Shown here piece after piece: positions 40,801-51,900 of a stretch of 64,000 nucleotides of DNA. The position numbers were made by a program, and so were the translations under genes. This DNA is from Barthelona sp. PCE (Eukaryota). The stretch covers positions 1,736,001 through 1,800,000 of the forward strand of contig JAUFOR010000002.1 of the NCBI GenBank assembly GCA_040285745.1, written 5' to 3'. The notes below the pieces were generated by a model. It saw only the letters and a program-made list of their open reading frames with translations, did not search any database and was not told the origin of the DNA. Every line of letters begins with the position of its first letter. The stretch's first letter is position 1.

Positions 40801-40927
40801 CAACATTATTCGTTGTAAATTCTTCGTATGACTGTGTGCTGGCTACTCGAAAGCTTTGATCCATAAATTGAACCTCTACTTCCTCTGAAATGTAACCTCC
40901 CTCGTCGAACGGGGTTGATTCGCTCAT
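37853..40927 (-). CDS. Slo/BK-family potassium channel alpha subunit with two RCK domains
   Basis: S1-S6 helices, S4 FRIGRILRL, pore STVGFGDISP, RCK1 (LRGSAVSPNDLRRARI...AVFVLAEK...EDARVVLRALAIR), RCK2, GYVYTNP; first ATG at 40927. Confidence 0.9.
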   Translation of the reverse strand: MSESTPFDEGGYISEEVEVQFMDQSFRVASTQSYEEFTTNNVEEGRSMTPQMLRQLELNRTSIEIDAIRTIHPNQNFANPFLELREGEYDVEDTGSVFKRTDASSMRERLYEWYRVRTNFKLDLVLISINLFGIVYYICSTFYIDLPRWVLALELAFAIFFCLELVFEMIIANGFIDFFTNPSNLIDIASIVPTFFRFFGSPENITCFFFFRIGRILRLTGHYRLHLMRVGVYTPLILPLLMVVTFAILSVGLYLIFEIKTIDTVMNDHLNFFSGLYFLSVMVSTVGFGDISPETSGGRAVVIFTIISGVSLIPIVIRRFGKIAQQRREFLGEAKLAHSEELVLLTGAVTSYSVMEFVSQFYAQKKQLHDFSRPKIIVLSTYKPDTQLTDFLTSRMYREKVEILRGSAVSPNDLRRARIKEVKAVFVLAEKQPISAIDEDARVVLRALAIRRLNKDVPVIAECHLQRTVHILRFAGVSEVLPLQPLSLNLMAMCSRMIGLPAFITNLFRAYVMPPALKNVDSDRAQVPRLDIDVLAVGAGVSEPPLKRDIEYTYGLNCNVISVPIPPSFIGHAFATLTANIRRKLNIIVFGVQVVSTEKVLINPLLYRMRPKDALIVVAHQSVNVFNLFLNLDIENCELAFEPTYESIANIQSPSSVNGEVFERIITKPIVDSIASTEEIRSIGITSTAENVFDLFKSPTSPEPERRRTTFHNHIIIVGDSLDEVVLLIKRIRSVYKRLSIVVLTTDIDPEHFHESVLMEEIGKVHFRHCTFIGQHTYKSIDIDTARRVLILSDKSAQKRVANMRRSALVSDTQIGFSTQVEEYLLQDSRAISRFLSATQACNGNITDRIVMQVVVASNCNIIPPCHEGDFFLSEVFSAGSISAFTSADIMLASRYFVSPIIAVFETLLGFYGDEIPRQLTQFKTPKNFHDKTFKEMFEWMILNRGIICMGLFRQRKSSGLMGYVYTNPTDNCVLCADDLVYAIRPFCVRNYLVENLPNFNRNAVQSARDLAKLLRVSHANIGV

Positions 40928-41214
40928 CAACTAAAACCCAATCAAAAGAATGAGATAAATATTTGAAAACAGCATTGAATTTCTTTCTGGTATTTTGATA
41001 TCTTAGACGTGAAAAAACACTCTATATAATACACAACATCTTTATTTAAACATGTGTAAGTTTAACTCAATGTGCCGGGCTTTTTGTCGAGCTTTAAACA
41101 AATTTTTTCTTCTGAATTATACAATAAAGACAGCTATTGTTTCACCAAAAACAATATTTATAAGTCATTTAAAAAATAGAAACGTGTAATATTTTTCCTA
41201 AACCTATCGTCGCA

Positions 41215-41955
41215 ATGTATTCAATTTCATCGGAAGATGAACCACTGATGGCCGAGTTCCAGGCCGCAATCGCTGAACTTAACACAGAATCACTTCCTCC
41301 ATCCCATAGAGATTTGTTCCAGCAGTTTAATTATATATTAGCAGCTAAGCGCAACATTTCCAAGGCTGTAGATCGTTTAAAGAACAGTATCGAGTTTTTC
41401 AACACCACAAACGTGTTTGGAACTCAAGAAGATGAAGTTGGGGATAGTTTAATGTCTGGTAAGGTAGTTATCCATGGTAAGGACCGTGAAAATAGACCTT
41501 GTGTTGTTATGCGCCTCTGTCGTCATGACAATAGCGTATCAAGTGAAGAAAATTTAAGATTTTTGTGCTATATGGTGACAACCCTTTTTGTTAAACTTAC
41601 AGAGGCTCAATGCTTTGATGCACATCTGATAATAGATGCAAAGGACTTTACACGTCATAACCTTGACTTGGACTTTGTTAAGACTGCACTTGGTATTCTT
41701 CAAGATCATTTTCCTGGTCGAATTTTCCGTTTGCATATAGTTAATGCTAATTTTCTGATCCGTACTGTTTTCAGAGGCCTCAAAATGTTCCTCAACATCC
41801 TGTTAAAGGAAAGAATTGAATTAAGTAAGAGTGCAACAGGAGAATTAGCTCAGTTTTTTGATCCAAGTGAATTATTGGTTAACTTTGAGGGTACAGTCGA
41901 ATTATTTAATGAAACAGGTCATCCAACAGGTTTTGAATTTCGTCACATTGAATAA
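41215..41955 (+). CDS. CRAL-TRIO (Sec14-like) lipid-binding protein
   Basis: HGKDRENRPCVV, LIIDAKDF, LQDHFPGRIFRLHIVNA, ELLVNFEG. Confidence 0.88.
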   Translation: MYSISSEDEPLMAEFQAAIAELNTESLPPSHRDLFQQFNYILAAKRNISKAVDRLKNSIEFFNTTNVFGTQEDEVGDSLMSGKVVIHGKDRENRPCVVMRLCRHDNSVSSEENLRFLCYMVTTLFVKLTEAQCFDAHLIIDAKDFTRHNLDLDFVKTALGILQDHFPGRIFRLHIVNANFLIRTVFRGLKMFLNILLKERIELSKSATGELAQFFDPSELLVNFEGTVELFNETGHPTGFEFRHIE

Positions 41956-41980
41956 AAGTGTTTATTTATCAACATATTAA

Positions 41981-43483
41981 CTATCCCAAAATGTTACATG
42001 TTGCAAACTTAGAATTACTAGTGTTTCTAAAGAGCATATGAAGGACACCGTTAGGGGGACCAAGGAAAGCAATAGCTGCATCAATTAAAAGATAAAACGC
42101 CAGAGATTTGTTCATGACAGTGTGGTTTTTACGTGGAATGTACATCTGGTTCATGATCTTATATCGGTCAATCTTAAACTCAACCCAATTGATGAAGAAT
42201 GCAAACAAAGAAAGAGCAGGAGCAAAGATAATAGCAGAGTATACAATGAACTGTCTGTATATAACCTCTAAAAATTCATCAGCGAGATCAAGTGGTTTGC
42301 CGTCAGATCCCTCCTTACATTTTGCAAGAACAGGTGCCAACAATTCAAGACCATTAAATACTACTAGATCGGTAATCATAAGCGTAGCAATCTGTTTAGC
42401 AATATCGTTGTAATAACAATCACCATTGTAAACAGCATATTTAGCGATATACATTGCTACAACTGTTGATACTTTGTAAGCAAATAATTTAAAAGTATTA
42501 TGAACTTGAAGACCAGTGTATGTCTTATGCTTCTCGAAAAGGGTTAACTTCCTGGTAAATTTCTTACCAAGGAAGTTAACAGTTGAAATGATACCTGAAA
42601 GAACAAAAGAACCAACTGTTGAACCCTGGAAGTAATCTGTTAATTTAAATGACACAATACCGACCAAGAAAATGAGACATGATAATGTGATATAAGCAAC
42701 GATAATTCTGAAGAAACGCTGAATAAAACCAACAGAACGATTTTCTTTGATTTCATCATAAATAGTTCCTTCCAGACTTTCAGATTTCATATCCTTTAAC
42801 TTGACTTTCATTGATCTAAAATAAAGGAAGGGGAATGAAAACCACATAATTGCATTAATAAGAGTAGTTAAACGCCAAATTCCAGCAACACTGGATCCAT
42901 AATGTCCAATTGAGAAGTGACTGACGACACCGTCAACTTCAGCACTAGAATAACCGGGGATGATGTTGATCAACGCTAAAATAAATGAGAGAATATTGGT
43001 AACAGCAATGAAGCGTTCAAATTCAAGCAAAAGTCTGATACCTGTTCCAGCCCATTCACCAATATCCTTAAGAGAAGCATCTTTGTTGAGTTTTGTGTGC
43101 ATAGGACTGTCCTGAGGTAAGCTACCATCAGTGCTGGTATAGTATGGAACACCGCTTTCAGAATATTTGATTTGCATGTTTTGAGGAAGAGTAAACTGAA
43201 CCTGTTGAATGGTTGGTGCCCAAAAATTGAAATGGTGAACCGGTTGACCGTAGGGAACTCCGTTAGCAGCAGGAACGGGGACAGCCATTGGCTGAGGTTG
43301 AACTTGCGCAGGCGGGAATTGCTGCATAGGTTGAGGTTGAGGTTGACCGCCGTAGTTAACACCTTGGTTTGGATTGTATCCCATTGCATAAGGATTATAG
43401 CCAGCATTGTTTGGGACGTTTGGGTTATAGCCACCATTGTTGTGGGGATTGTAACCACCGCCACCGTTTGGTTGCGAGTACAT
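41981..43483 (-). CDS. Transmembrane channel-like (TMC/OSCA-TMEM16 superfamily) protein
   Basis: IGEWAGTGIRLLLEFERFIAVTNILSF (cf. TMC FGSSVxSYFxFLRW), LTLFEKHKT, DLADEFLEVIYRQFIVYSAIIFAP; N-terminal YNP/PQ low-complexity tail. Confidence 0.7.
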   Translation of the reverse strand: MYSQPNGGGGYNPHNNGGYNPNVPNNAGYNPYAMGYNPNQGVNYGGQPQPQPMQQFPPAQVQPQPMAVPVPAANGVPYGQPVHHFNFWAPTIQQVQFTLPQNMQIKYSESGVPYYTSTDGSLPQDSPMHTKLNKDASLKDIGEWAGTGIRLLLEFERFIAVTNILSFILALINIIPGYSSAEVDGVVSHFSIGHYGSSVAGIWRLTTLINAIMWFSFPFLYFRSMKVKLKDMKSESLEGTIYDEIKENRSVGFIQRFFRIIVAYITLSCLIFLVGIVSFKLTDYFQGSTVGSFVLSGIISTVNFLGKKFTRKLTLFEKHKTYTGLQVHNTFKLFAYKVSTVVAMYIAKYAVYNGDCYYNDIAKQIATLMITDLVVFNGLELLAPVLAKCKEGSDGKPLDLADEFLEVIYRQFIVYSAIIFAPALSLFAFFINWVEFKIDRYKIMNQMYIPRKNHTVMNKSLAFYLLIDAAIAFLGPPNGVLHMLFRNTSNSKFATCNILG

Positions 43484-43749
43484 GTTTAAAAGGAATGAAA
43501 AGGAAGGTAAAAGTAATTCGAAATCGGTTTCAGTTCAGTTAAATTTTTTAGGGATTTTAATTCCAAAAAGGTGCTTAATACTGATTTATAAAGAAGTTTT
43601 AAACCTTTTAAACTACCATGCAACGGTACAAAGTTGATTCTCATATTTCTGATCTTTCGTTTTTGAGTGTAAATACTTCTTAAACGTACTCCTCATGTAC
43701 ATTGATGCATTTCCGAAAACAGAATAAGGATCCAAAACCTTGAATTTCA

Positions 43750-43948
43750 TCGTAGGAGGTTGTAAATTTACTTCGGAGTTAGACACTTGTACGGGAGTTG
43801 CGAGCTCCCTCGAGTGCTGTGCTTGCACTGAGAATTGTTCTAGAGCCCTTTTTTTTAAAATAAAAGGGGAGAAAGAAATGATGTAAGTACTCACAGAGTA
43901 CAAGAGGGAAGACCGCGTGTCTACTCCTCAGTAGATTTACTCCTACGA
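43750..43948 (+). ncRNA. Candidate structured ncRNA or fold-back element of unknown class
   Basis: About 30 bp of long-range pairing (43750-43786 with 43917-43948) enclosing several hairpins; G-U pairs favour the + strand. Confidence 0.45.
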
Positions 43949-44635
43949 AATAGCGTGTTATTCACAAGCGTGCCTAATATTGAAACAAAATTCTCATTTT
44001 GCTATAAAAAGCTAAATTGAATAGATTTTGATCAAATTGCTCCTGTAGTCGCCTTTAATATGTATCACAAACATAGATATGAACATGCACTGAAAAATTC
44101 TATGTCTTTAAATCATTTCGAAAAAATATAATGACTTCAGTGAGGCTTCAACATGATTCTTTAAAACTATTGTGTGACTTAAAATTGGTAAATATCACAC
44201 AAAAAGTTTTGAAAAAAAAAAAACTGCCTATCCATTCAGAACCAAATCCATACTTACACGATACCGAATTCAGCCACAGCTCCGCACTGGCTCACAAAAA
44301 ACTTGATCATAGCTCCAGGATAGAACCTGCGGATATCCATATTTCATTTCAGTATTTCAGATAATCCAAAACACGTGAGACACTTTGGTTTAAACATATT
44401 TTCCGCAGTTTATACCGTATATTCTGCTTTGACGTGGAAAATCATGCACTTATGTTGGTTGATGTTATCACATGAGTAAAATTTGGTTGTAACAGCTCTC
44501 CAAAAGGAGTATGAGCCTCTGTGACCACTAGATAAATGGTAGTCATGACTCGTCATCTTGGTTTACCTTTCTTAACTCTTACCTTACTTCACTGTTGACT
44601 ATTTCAGCTTTTTATAAAGTTCTCTCATCGTCAAA

Positions 44636-45862
44636 ATGTCCCACCAAACAACAGACTACAGCAACGAAGCAGTTATTAAGTTTTTTCAAGATTCTGGCAT
44701 CACATGGATCAGTTACGTGTGCATCACATTAGAGGGAAACCTCCATCAGATGAGCGAGACCATTGAATCTCTCCCAGGAATCCTCAACGGAGGCCTCGGA
44801 GTTGATGGTTCATCCCTCGGATTCACCCCTACTCACGAATCTGATGTTTTACTTAAGCCCATCAACGAATCGCGTTGTATTGTAAGCTATGGACCTGAGC
44901 TTGAAACTGGTTTCATTCTTTGTAAGGTTGTCAAGTGCAACGGCGAACCTTGTGGAACTGATCCCCTTACCATTCTTGATGAGCAGGTCAAACGTTGTCG
45001 CCAGCTTGGCTATGAGTCAACTATGTTCTCAGAGCTGGAGTTTTTCCTCCTCGATCCCGAGACCGGACGTCCTGTCGATAACTCTGGTTACATGGACATT
45101 CCTCCTGCTGACACAACCATGCTTTACCGTCGCCGCCTTGCCAAGCGCTGCATTGATGCCAACATCAACGTAAAGCGTCTTCACGCTGAAGTCGCTGAGG
45201 CTCAAGCTGAATGCGAGTTCAACCTCATGCCTTCCCTTAAGAATGCCAACGATACATCTCTTGCTATGCTTCTTTCCAGAATCCTCGCCAAGGAAATGGG
45301 TTACATTATTGACTACGATCCCAAGCCACTCAACGACGTAAACGGCTCTGGTCTCCACATGCACGTGCAATTGCGCGATCTCACTACGAACGAGAACGCC
45401 ATGAGCGATGAGGACTCTAAGTACAACCTCGGAGAAGTAGGTCGTTATTTTATGGGCGGTCTTTGCAAGTATGCTCGCGAGATCTGCGCTGTCTTTGGTC
45501 GTTCTGATTCCACTTTCAAGCGTCTTGAGCCTGGTTATGAGGCCCCCACCGATATTTCCTGGGGTGCTATGAACCGTACTTGTCTTATCCGCCTTCCCCT
45601 AACCTCCCCCGACAAGGTACGTGTTGAGTTCCGTGGAGGTGATGCTTCTGGCTCACCCCACCTTCTTGCTTGTGCTATTCTTGCTGCTGGTCTCAGTGGT
45701 GTAGAGAACAAGATCGCCCCTCCCAAGGAGGCAGAGGCAGTTGGTTCACTCCCCGTCAGCGTTGCTGAGTGCAAGACGATTCTTGAGACTAGTGACTGGC
45801 TCGAAGATATTTTCGGTCGTGAGGCTCTTGATTGGCTCGCTAACCCCCCTAAACAACATTAA
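44636..45862 (+). CDS. glnA: Glutamine synthetase, prokaryotic GSI-type
   Basis: VDGSS, ESDVLLKP, ELEFFL, HAEVAEAQAE, PKPLNDVNGSGLHMH, KRLEPGYEAP, NRTCLIRLP, RVEFRGGD. Confidence 0.9.
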   Translation: MSHQTTDYSNEAVIKFFQDSGITWISYVCITLEGNLHQMSETIESLPGILNGGLGVDGSSLGFTPTHESDVLLKPINESRCIVSYGPELETGFILCKVVKCNGEPCGTDPLTILDEQVKRCRQLGYESTMFSELEFFLLDPETGRPVDNSGYMDIPPADTTMLYRRRLAKRCIDANINVKRLHAEVAEAQAECEFNLMPSLKNANDTSLAMLLSRILAKEMGYIIDYDPKPLNDVNGSGLHMHVQLRDLTTNENAMSDEDSKYNLGEVGRYFMGGLCKYAREICAVFGRSDSTFKRLEPGYEAPTDISWGAMNRTCLIRLPLTSPDKVRVEFRGGDASGSPHLLACAILAAGLSGVENKIAPPKEAEAVGSLPVSVAECKTILETSDWLEDIFGREALDWLANPPKQH

Positions 45863-45913
45863 AAATCCCCACATGTTCTAATTTTCTACAAATAAATTAA
45901 TAGTTTTATTTAA

Positions 45914-48900
45914 TTATTCAGTATTTTCCTCACTTTCTTCACTGCAAGGCTTTTGATTAATATCAATGTCACTCTCAATGATGATGTCATGGACATCATT
46001 ACAAACTTCCAACTCTTCTTCTTCAACGCTGTCTTCAAATCTAAGATCACATACGTTCTGAAATTTAACCTTTAAATATCGCTTTCTGCGTTTCCTACTG
46101 CCTGTACGACGCGTTATCGGTGTACTGGGTCGCGGCTGTGCAACGAATGGAAGCATTGAAAATGATTGTACTGATGAATAAATGCGATTTAATCCTCCTC
46201 TCTTTTTTTTCTTCCTGCAAAAAATAACCACAAGAGCAAAGAAAAATATTAACAAGAATAGCATAAAGAAACTGAAAAGAGAGAGAGATGTGCATTGCGT
46301 TCCACTTCGCCACACACTACATAAACATGTGCCACCACGAGTACATTCGCCATTACAAGAAAGACATGATTGTAGAACACAAAACGATGACATAGCTCCA
46401 TTTGAGCACATGCACTGGGTTTCCCCAACACATTCGCCATCGCCACACCCTTCGACACAGCGACTCGTACCACAGTGGGTGCCGTTGTATCCTCCTGCAC
46501 ATTCACAAATGTATGATGGGTTGCAAAATCCCTTACCGTAACATGCATAGGGGCATGTGGTGTTCACTGTTACGTCAACAGCAACACCGAATGAAGAAGG
46601 GGTACTTATGGTAATGACATGGGTCCCACTGATGTTGTTAACAGTGTAAGCTATGCCCCCTTCATAATTAGTTATGTTAAAAAGACTGGAGTCGACATTC
46701 ATCAAACGATGATGTTCGTTACTGGACTCCAACAACAACGTCACATGACGTGGTTCGGGGAGAACCAGAGTCAGCTCAAATGCCGTCGATTCCAAGCCGT
46801 CAATAGATGCGTGTGCAGGAAGAGGTTGATTGAGAAGCAGGTGAAATTGGGTTGACTCAGTGATTGCTACACGGTTACAAACTTGACCTTCGAAGCCAGG
46901 ATCGCAATTACACACCCCATCACTGCTACGAACTCCAACGCCAGAACAGGACGACTCTGATGATCCACACGCAGGATCGTAGAAGCCTTCTTGGCAAACA
47001 CACTCCTGATTTGAACATGTTCCGTGGATGCAGTCAGGCTTGCACGTTTCGGTCTCACATGCATCACCGATGTAGGGCGCATCACAATGACAAACTCCGT
47101 TCCAGCACGAACCTCTTGAATTACATGAACCTGGGCACATCTTCTTCGAGCAGTCATCCTTGGTGTAGTCGGGGAAGCATACGCACGTACCGTTGTGACA
47201 TCCCCCAAACACGCAAGAGTCACAGGTCATGTTCATGCAGTCGGATGCAGTCCAACCAACGTCACAAACACACTCTGCAAATGAAAGATCATCTGAGTGA
47301 GTACAAGTGCCATGTAGATCGCATCCGTCCTCACAGCGCATAACAGAACAGTTGCTAACAACCTCAAACAAGCGGTCACAGATACAAGTTCCATTATTAC
47401 AGGTTCCATGACCAGAACAATCCTGAGGGCACTTTTTCGAATCACAAAGAACTCCTTCCCAACCTTCTGAACACTCACACTGACCACTACCACCTAAGCC
47501 CGCATCACATATACCGTGCAGGCAGTCACTACATACATACTCGCAGTCAGGACCGTAGTATCCTGGTGAGCATAGATTGCAATCCGGAAGCGCATAGTTA
47601 CCAGTACAATGTTCGCAGTGCCCATTACCATCAACTCCAAAGCTGGGGACTCCATTGGTCATGTTGCAAGTGACAGTTTGTGTGCAATCACTCCCGAAAC
47701 GCGTCGGGATGCAGTCTTCGCAGTATGGGACCGCGAACCCTGACCGACACATACATCTACCGTTACCTCCTAGCCCATCCAGGCACACGCCGTTGTTGCA
47801 ATCTGGACATTCTGCACAAGATGTACCATAAAAGTTATGGTCGCATATCACACAGTCGCCAGTCTGCGAGGTTGCCCATCCGCTGTCGCAGTGTTGACAG
47901 TCGTCTCCGTGTCTATTGATATCACAAACATCGCAAAGCGTTCCATTCCAGTTAGTGTCACATGTGCAACTACCATCCCCTGAAAGGGTCTCGCTGCATG
48001 TTCCATGCTCGCAAACAGGACACATGTTACATGATTGTCCGAAATAACCGGTCTTGCACTTGTCACATAACAATCCGTCCCATCCTTCGCTACAGGAAAC
48101 GCATTGCCCATTACCACTGGGCCCTGTGCTCGGCACTCCGTTAACACACGTCGAGGTACGGTCACAAAGGGGACCGAAGAATAATCCATTGCAAGAAAGG
48201 CACTCTCCTGTTCCCAAAACATCGTGACTGGGGGTACCGTTCTCACAAAGCACGGGCTGGTTACAGTTTGCTCCGTAGTACGAGTCAGAAGTGCAGAATA
48301 GGCACGAACCGTCACTTGTTTCATTTTTATCCGGTACACCGTTCACACACGTCACAGTTTTATCGCATGAATCTCCGAAATGATCATCATCGCAGTGGCA
48401 TACAGAGCGAATACACTCGCCATTCCCATTGCAATCGTCCTCGCACAGATCAAAAAATGTGATTGCCGCATCCAGTGTGTTGCTCAACAGACTGCCATGC
48501 GCCACACTAATAGAAGCTCTTCCCGGCGGAACATTGACGATGGTCACTCTCAAATTGCTGGAAGAAACGCAGGTTGCAGAGTATGGATAGAACGTCCCAT
48601 TCAGCGACACCCTTGCAAGTTCAATGCCACACAGATATGAACCATAGACGTCCAGGACAACACCACTAGTGAAAGCATCAGTGGGTGAAACGCTGGTTAT
48701 ATTAGGTAGATTTGTTCGAACAACTGTTCTAATGGTAGTATTTTGAAAAAACGCAACTTCATGAAGTTTACCATTATCGATAATCAAATCTCCCACAGCA
48801 TCACATGTTCTATCATGGGAGATAATACCCGTACTATATGGTGAAAAAACGTTGTCGAAAAACGGCAATAACACCAATGATCCATTTATGTCGAGTCCTT

Positions 48901-51900
48901 GACCGTATTTGTGACCATATACCCATGCAAGACTGCACCACTCATCTATAACGGTGCAGTCATCACCAACATGAACTGCTGGAAGGAGAGTGCTATTGTC
49001 TGTGAACAACACAAGTCCGTCTCTAACTGAACTGAAGCCAGTAATGTTACTCAGAGAATAGCTTGTGAAAATACAGTTCTCGGGGATAACAAGCACAGTG
49101 TCATTAGAAATAATAAAAGTATGAGTTGAATTCCCAGCTACACCCAGTACATCCTGCATTGATGACAAAACAAGAGCGCAGTATCTGTGTCTGATCGTAC
49201 CGTTTGAATAAACAATCGCAAAGCGATCGGCATCGAAATATAGCACTTCTTCTGCAACCTGTAAGACAATACCGCTGGTGTCAACCAAAATATATTCATT
49301 CTTGTTGCAGTCAAAAAGCACTGCACTATCACGAAGAACACGATGAGGAACGAGAAACCGACCTGGCACGACAACACGAGATCCATTTATGTATTCAACA
49401 ACAATACTACCCGTTTCGATACCTTCACCAAAGTAAACATCGAATTGACTTGTGGATAAAATGGTGTCGTTCAGTAACGTGACAGATACCCCATTTCTCT
49501 GATAATACACAAAGCGGTGCGGTACTGTGGTGGTTGCACGAGAAGAAGCGTTGAAGACTGTGTCTATGTGATCAAAAGATAGCATTATGTGATTCACACA
49601 ATGAAGACGAGTACAGACACGCAGCTTCATATTATATCCATAAGCCGGGCCCATGCTGCACTTTACCGTTGTTTCGTTGAATGATACAACTGTGCATGGC
49701 CAATGACCAACATCAACGCTAACATTAGGACTGACACTCGGTGGAGGGAATTTTTCAGCTTGAATCACCAATATGTTTGTTTGTACACTACTTAAGGTCA
49801 ACGGATGAATCGCTCCCAGAGTGAAATCCAGAGTTCTTATCTCACCCAGGAAATGTTCCTGACCACATACATATAGAACCGCCTGATACACGCCATACAC
49901 TGACGGAACGCGAAACACCACATGCGTTACATTGATAAAAACAATTTCACAATCCACACTTCCGTTCAAAACTACAGTTGGCTCGAAGTACTGCGGCATG
50001 TTCTGCACTTCAACAGTAACAATTTCACCCCATGGTGATATAACTGTGGGCTCCATCCTAACAACAGATATGTTGTCATAGCGATGGTGATGCTCGATCG
50101 AATACTCCGGCCATTCAACACGAAGTACTGCATGTGCACAACCCTCTTTGGAGTTCACACTTATCTCAGTGCCAGACACGCTTTCTGCTGCAATAGGGAT
50201 GCCGTTCCAACGAATGAGAGGCTGGTCGTCATTATTGAGCGCAAAATTATGGCCTTCCATCAATATGTTGCAATTTCCATCAACTGAATTGCACTCTTCA
50301 GTTACACTCGTGATAATGGGTTCTGGCCATCCTGCCAGGAGCAGTGAATGTGCTGAACCCACGCCAGCCAAAACAAATGGTACATTCTTTACGATTTGGG
50401 TAGGGGACTCGATCAACGAGTCTGCCTTGGAGAAGCCAAGGCCGCATGAACCGCTATCGTCACGGCCCCAACAATACGCTGCACCGTTAATCGATACCGC
50501 AATTGCGTGGTCCTTAAATACACTTACTGAAGTTATAGCAGCGTCAAAGTTTAACCACACGGGACAGGAAGACGTAGATTCAAGCAAGTCTGTGTTGTCT
50601 CCAAATGCTTGAACTGTACCGTTTTTATATACGAAGAACCCAATATCCTCACCGGTTGAAATCGCTGACACGTTTGTGGCGACCTTGATAGCAGATAGTT
50701 GATCTGTGTTGGAGCAATCTCCCAGTAGACCACCCTCTCCTTTTGCATAAACGTCTCCATTATCAAGAAGAACAAGCATAAAACTACCCAACATTTTGAG
50801 AGATACAATCACATTAGAGTCTGATGAGTAAACAAGAACTGGTGTGTCAAAAGTTGAATACGAACCGAAGATACCGTGATTGGAAGCCCCTGTTCCGTAC
50901 ACGTGAGTTTCATTTGCAATCAGTGTGGCTTCTGCGCTTGCAGCTGCCATAGTTGCATTTATGACTGAAACTAATGACAACTCCTCCGGGTTGCACAAAT
51001 CACTCGTGTGGGGGGCAAGCTTCATATCATCGAACGCGCCAGATCCGTATGCGCCAGTTGCATTGATAAAAACACCGTGCTTCTGCCCCAGTGATACTGA
51101 ATCGTATGAGACACTGTAGGCAACGGGTGAAAGTATATACTTATCACAGTTCTGCCCAATGTTTCCGTAGTAGTTGCGTCCCCATGCATAAACGCTGTCT
51201 GAGCACACAGCAACACATTCACTCGATCCGACTTCAATATCAAGAACACGCTTGTCATATATCGAACTGATGGGCTGTGGTGTTGTTTGAGATGCAACAC
51301 CGTCAAGTCCAAGTTGCCCGTATATTCCATTTCCGAATGAGTAGATGCGGGTATCATAATAACGTAGTCCAGCAGTATGAGTTACTATTTGTCCATGAAC
51401 TGTTACAGTAATATCGCACGAACCCACGTTTTGAGGAAGACTCGTGATCTCCGTACTGTTGTGCAATACGGTCTGGAGAGGAACGTTTGATCCGCAAATC
51501 TCAACAGACACAACGGTTATGTTCGTGCCAAAGTTGGATCCAAACACAATTACTGGTGTTGTTCCGAACTGAGGTGCAATATTGGGGCGTAGCATGTTAA
51601 TCACTGGCTTATTGGCACCAATAAGATCAGAACCTGTTGTTTGCAACTCGCAAACCGAAAGCATGATGGTAACGTTTGTCGGGTTACCTATCATTTGGTT
51701 AAAATCACACAAAAGAGATGTATGACTATCACTTTGACACGATGCGTTGCCTTTGACGCCAAGATTGGTCTCAAACGTTAACGAAACATTGTTTGTAGCG
51801 CCTAAATTGGAACCAGTGAATACGACATGACCACCCTCTGTCGAAATCAAACGAGGAGTCGCCCCTGACAGTGTTGGATGCAAGTATTCAACTAAAAATG

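Noticed and set aside
37853-43483. Apparent functional cluster of K+ channel, CRAL-TRIO and TMC genes
   Set aside because: Mixed orientations and no shared element seen; adjacency in a dense eukaryotic genome is not evidence of a system.
43823-43899. ttgcact (U1A-site-like) and acagag (U6-box-like) words in the structured element
   Set aside because: The remaining U1 and U6 hallmarks (ACUUACCU 5' end, AGC triad and ISL, Sm site) are not in the right context.
43613-43903. 96-aa minus-strand ORF across the structured element
   Set aside because: TTG start in a eukaryote, no recognisable motif, and the sequence is better explained by base-pairing constraints.
43902-43917. aagagggaagaccgcg resembles a bacterial T-box antiterminator (GGGUGGNACCGCG)
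   Set aside because: Lacks the essential UGGN bulge, has no recognisable Stem I, and lies ~700 bp from the GS start in a eukaryotic genome.
44131-44364. 77-aa ORF upstream of glutamine synthetase
   Set aside because: Short, crosses a poly-A run, no protein-like features; unsupported without expression data.
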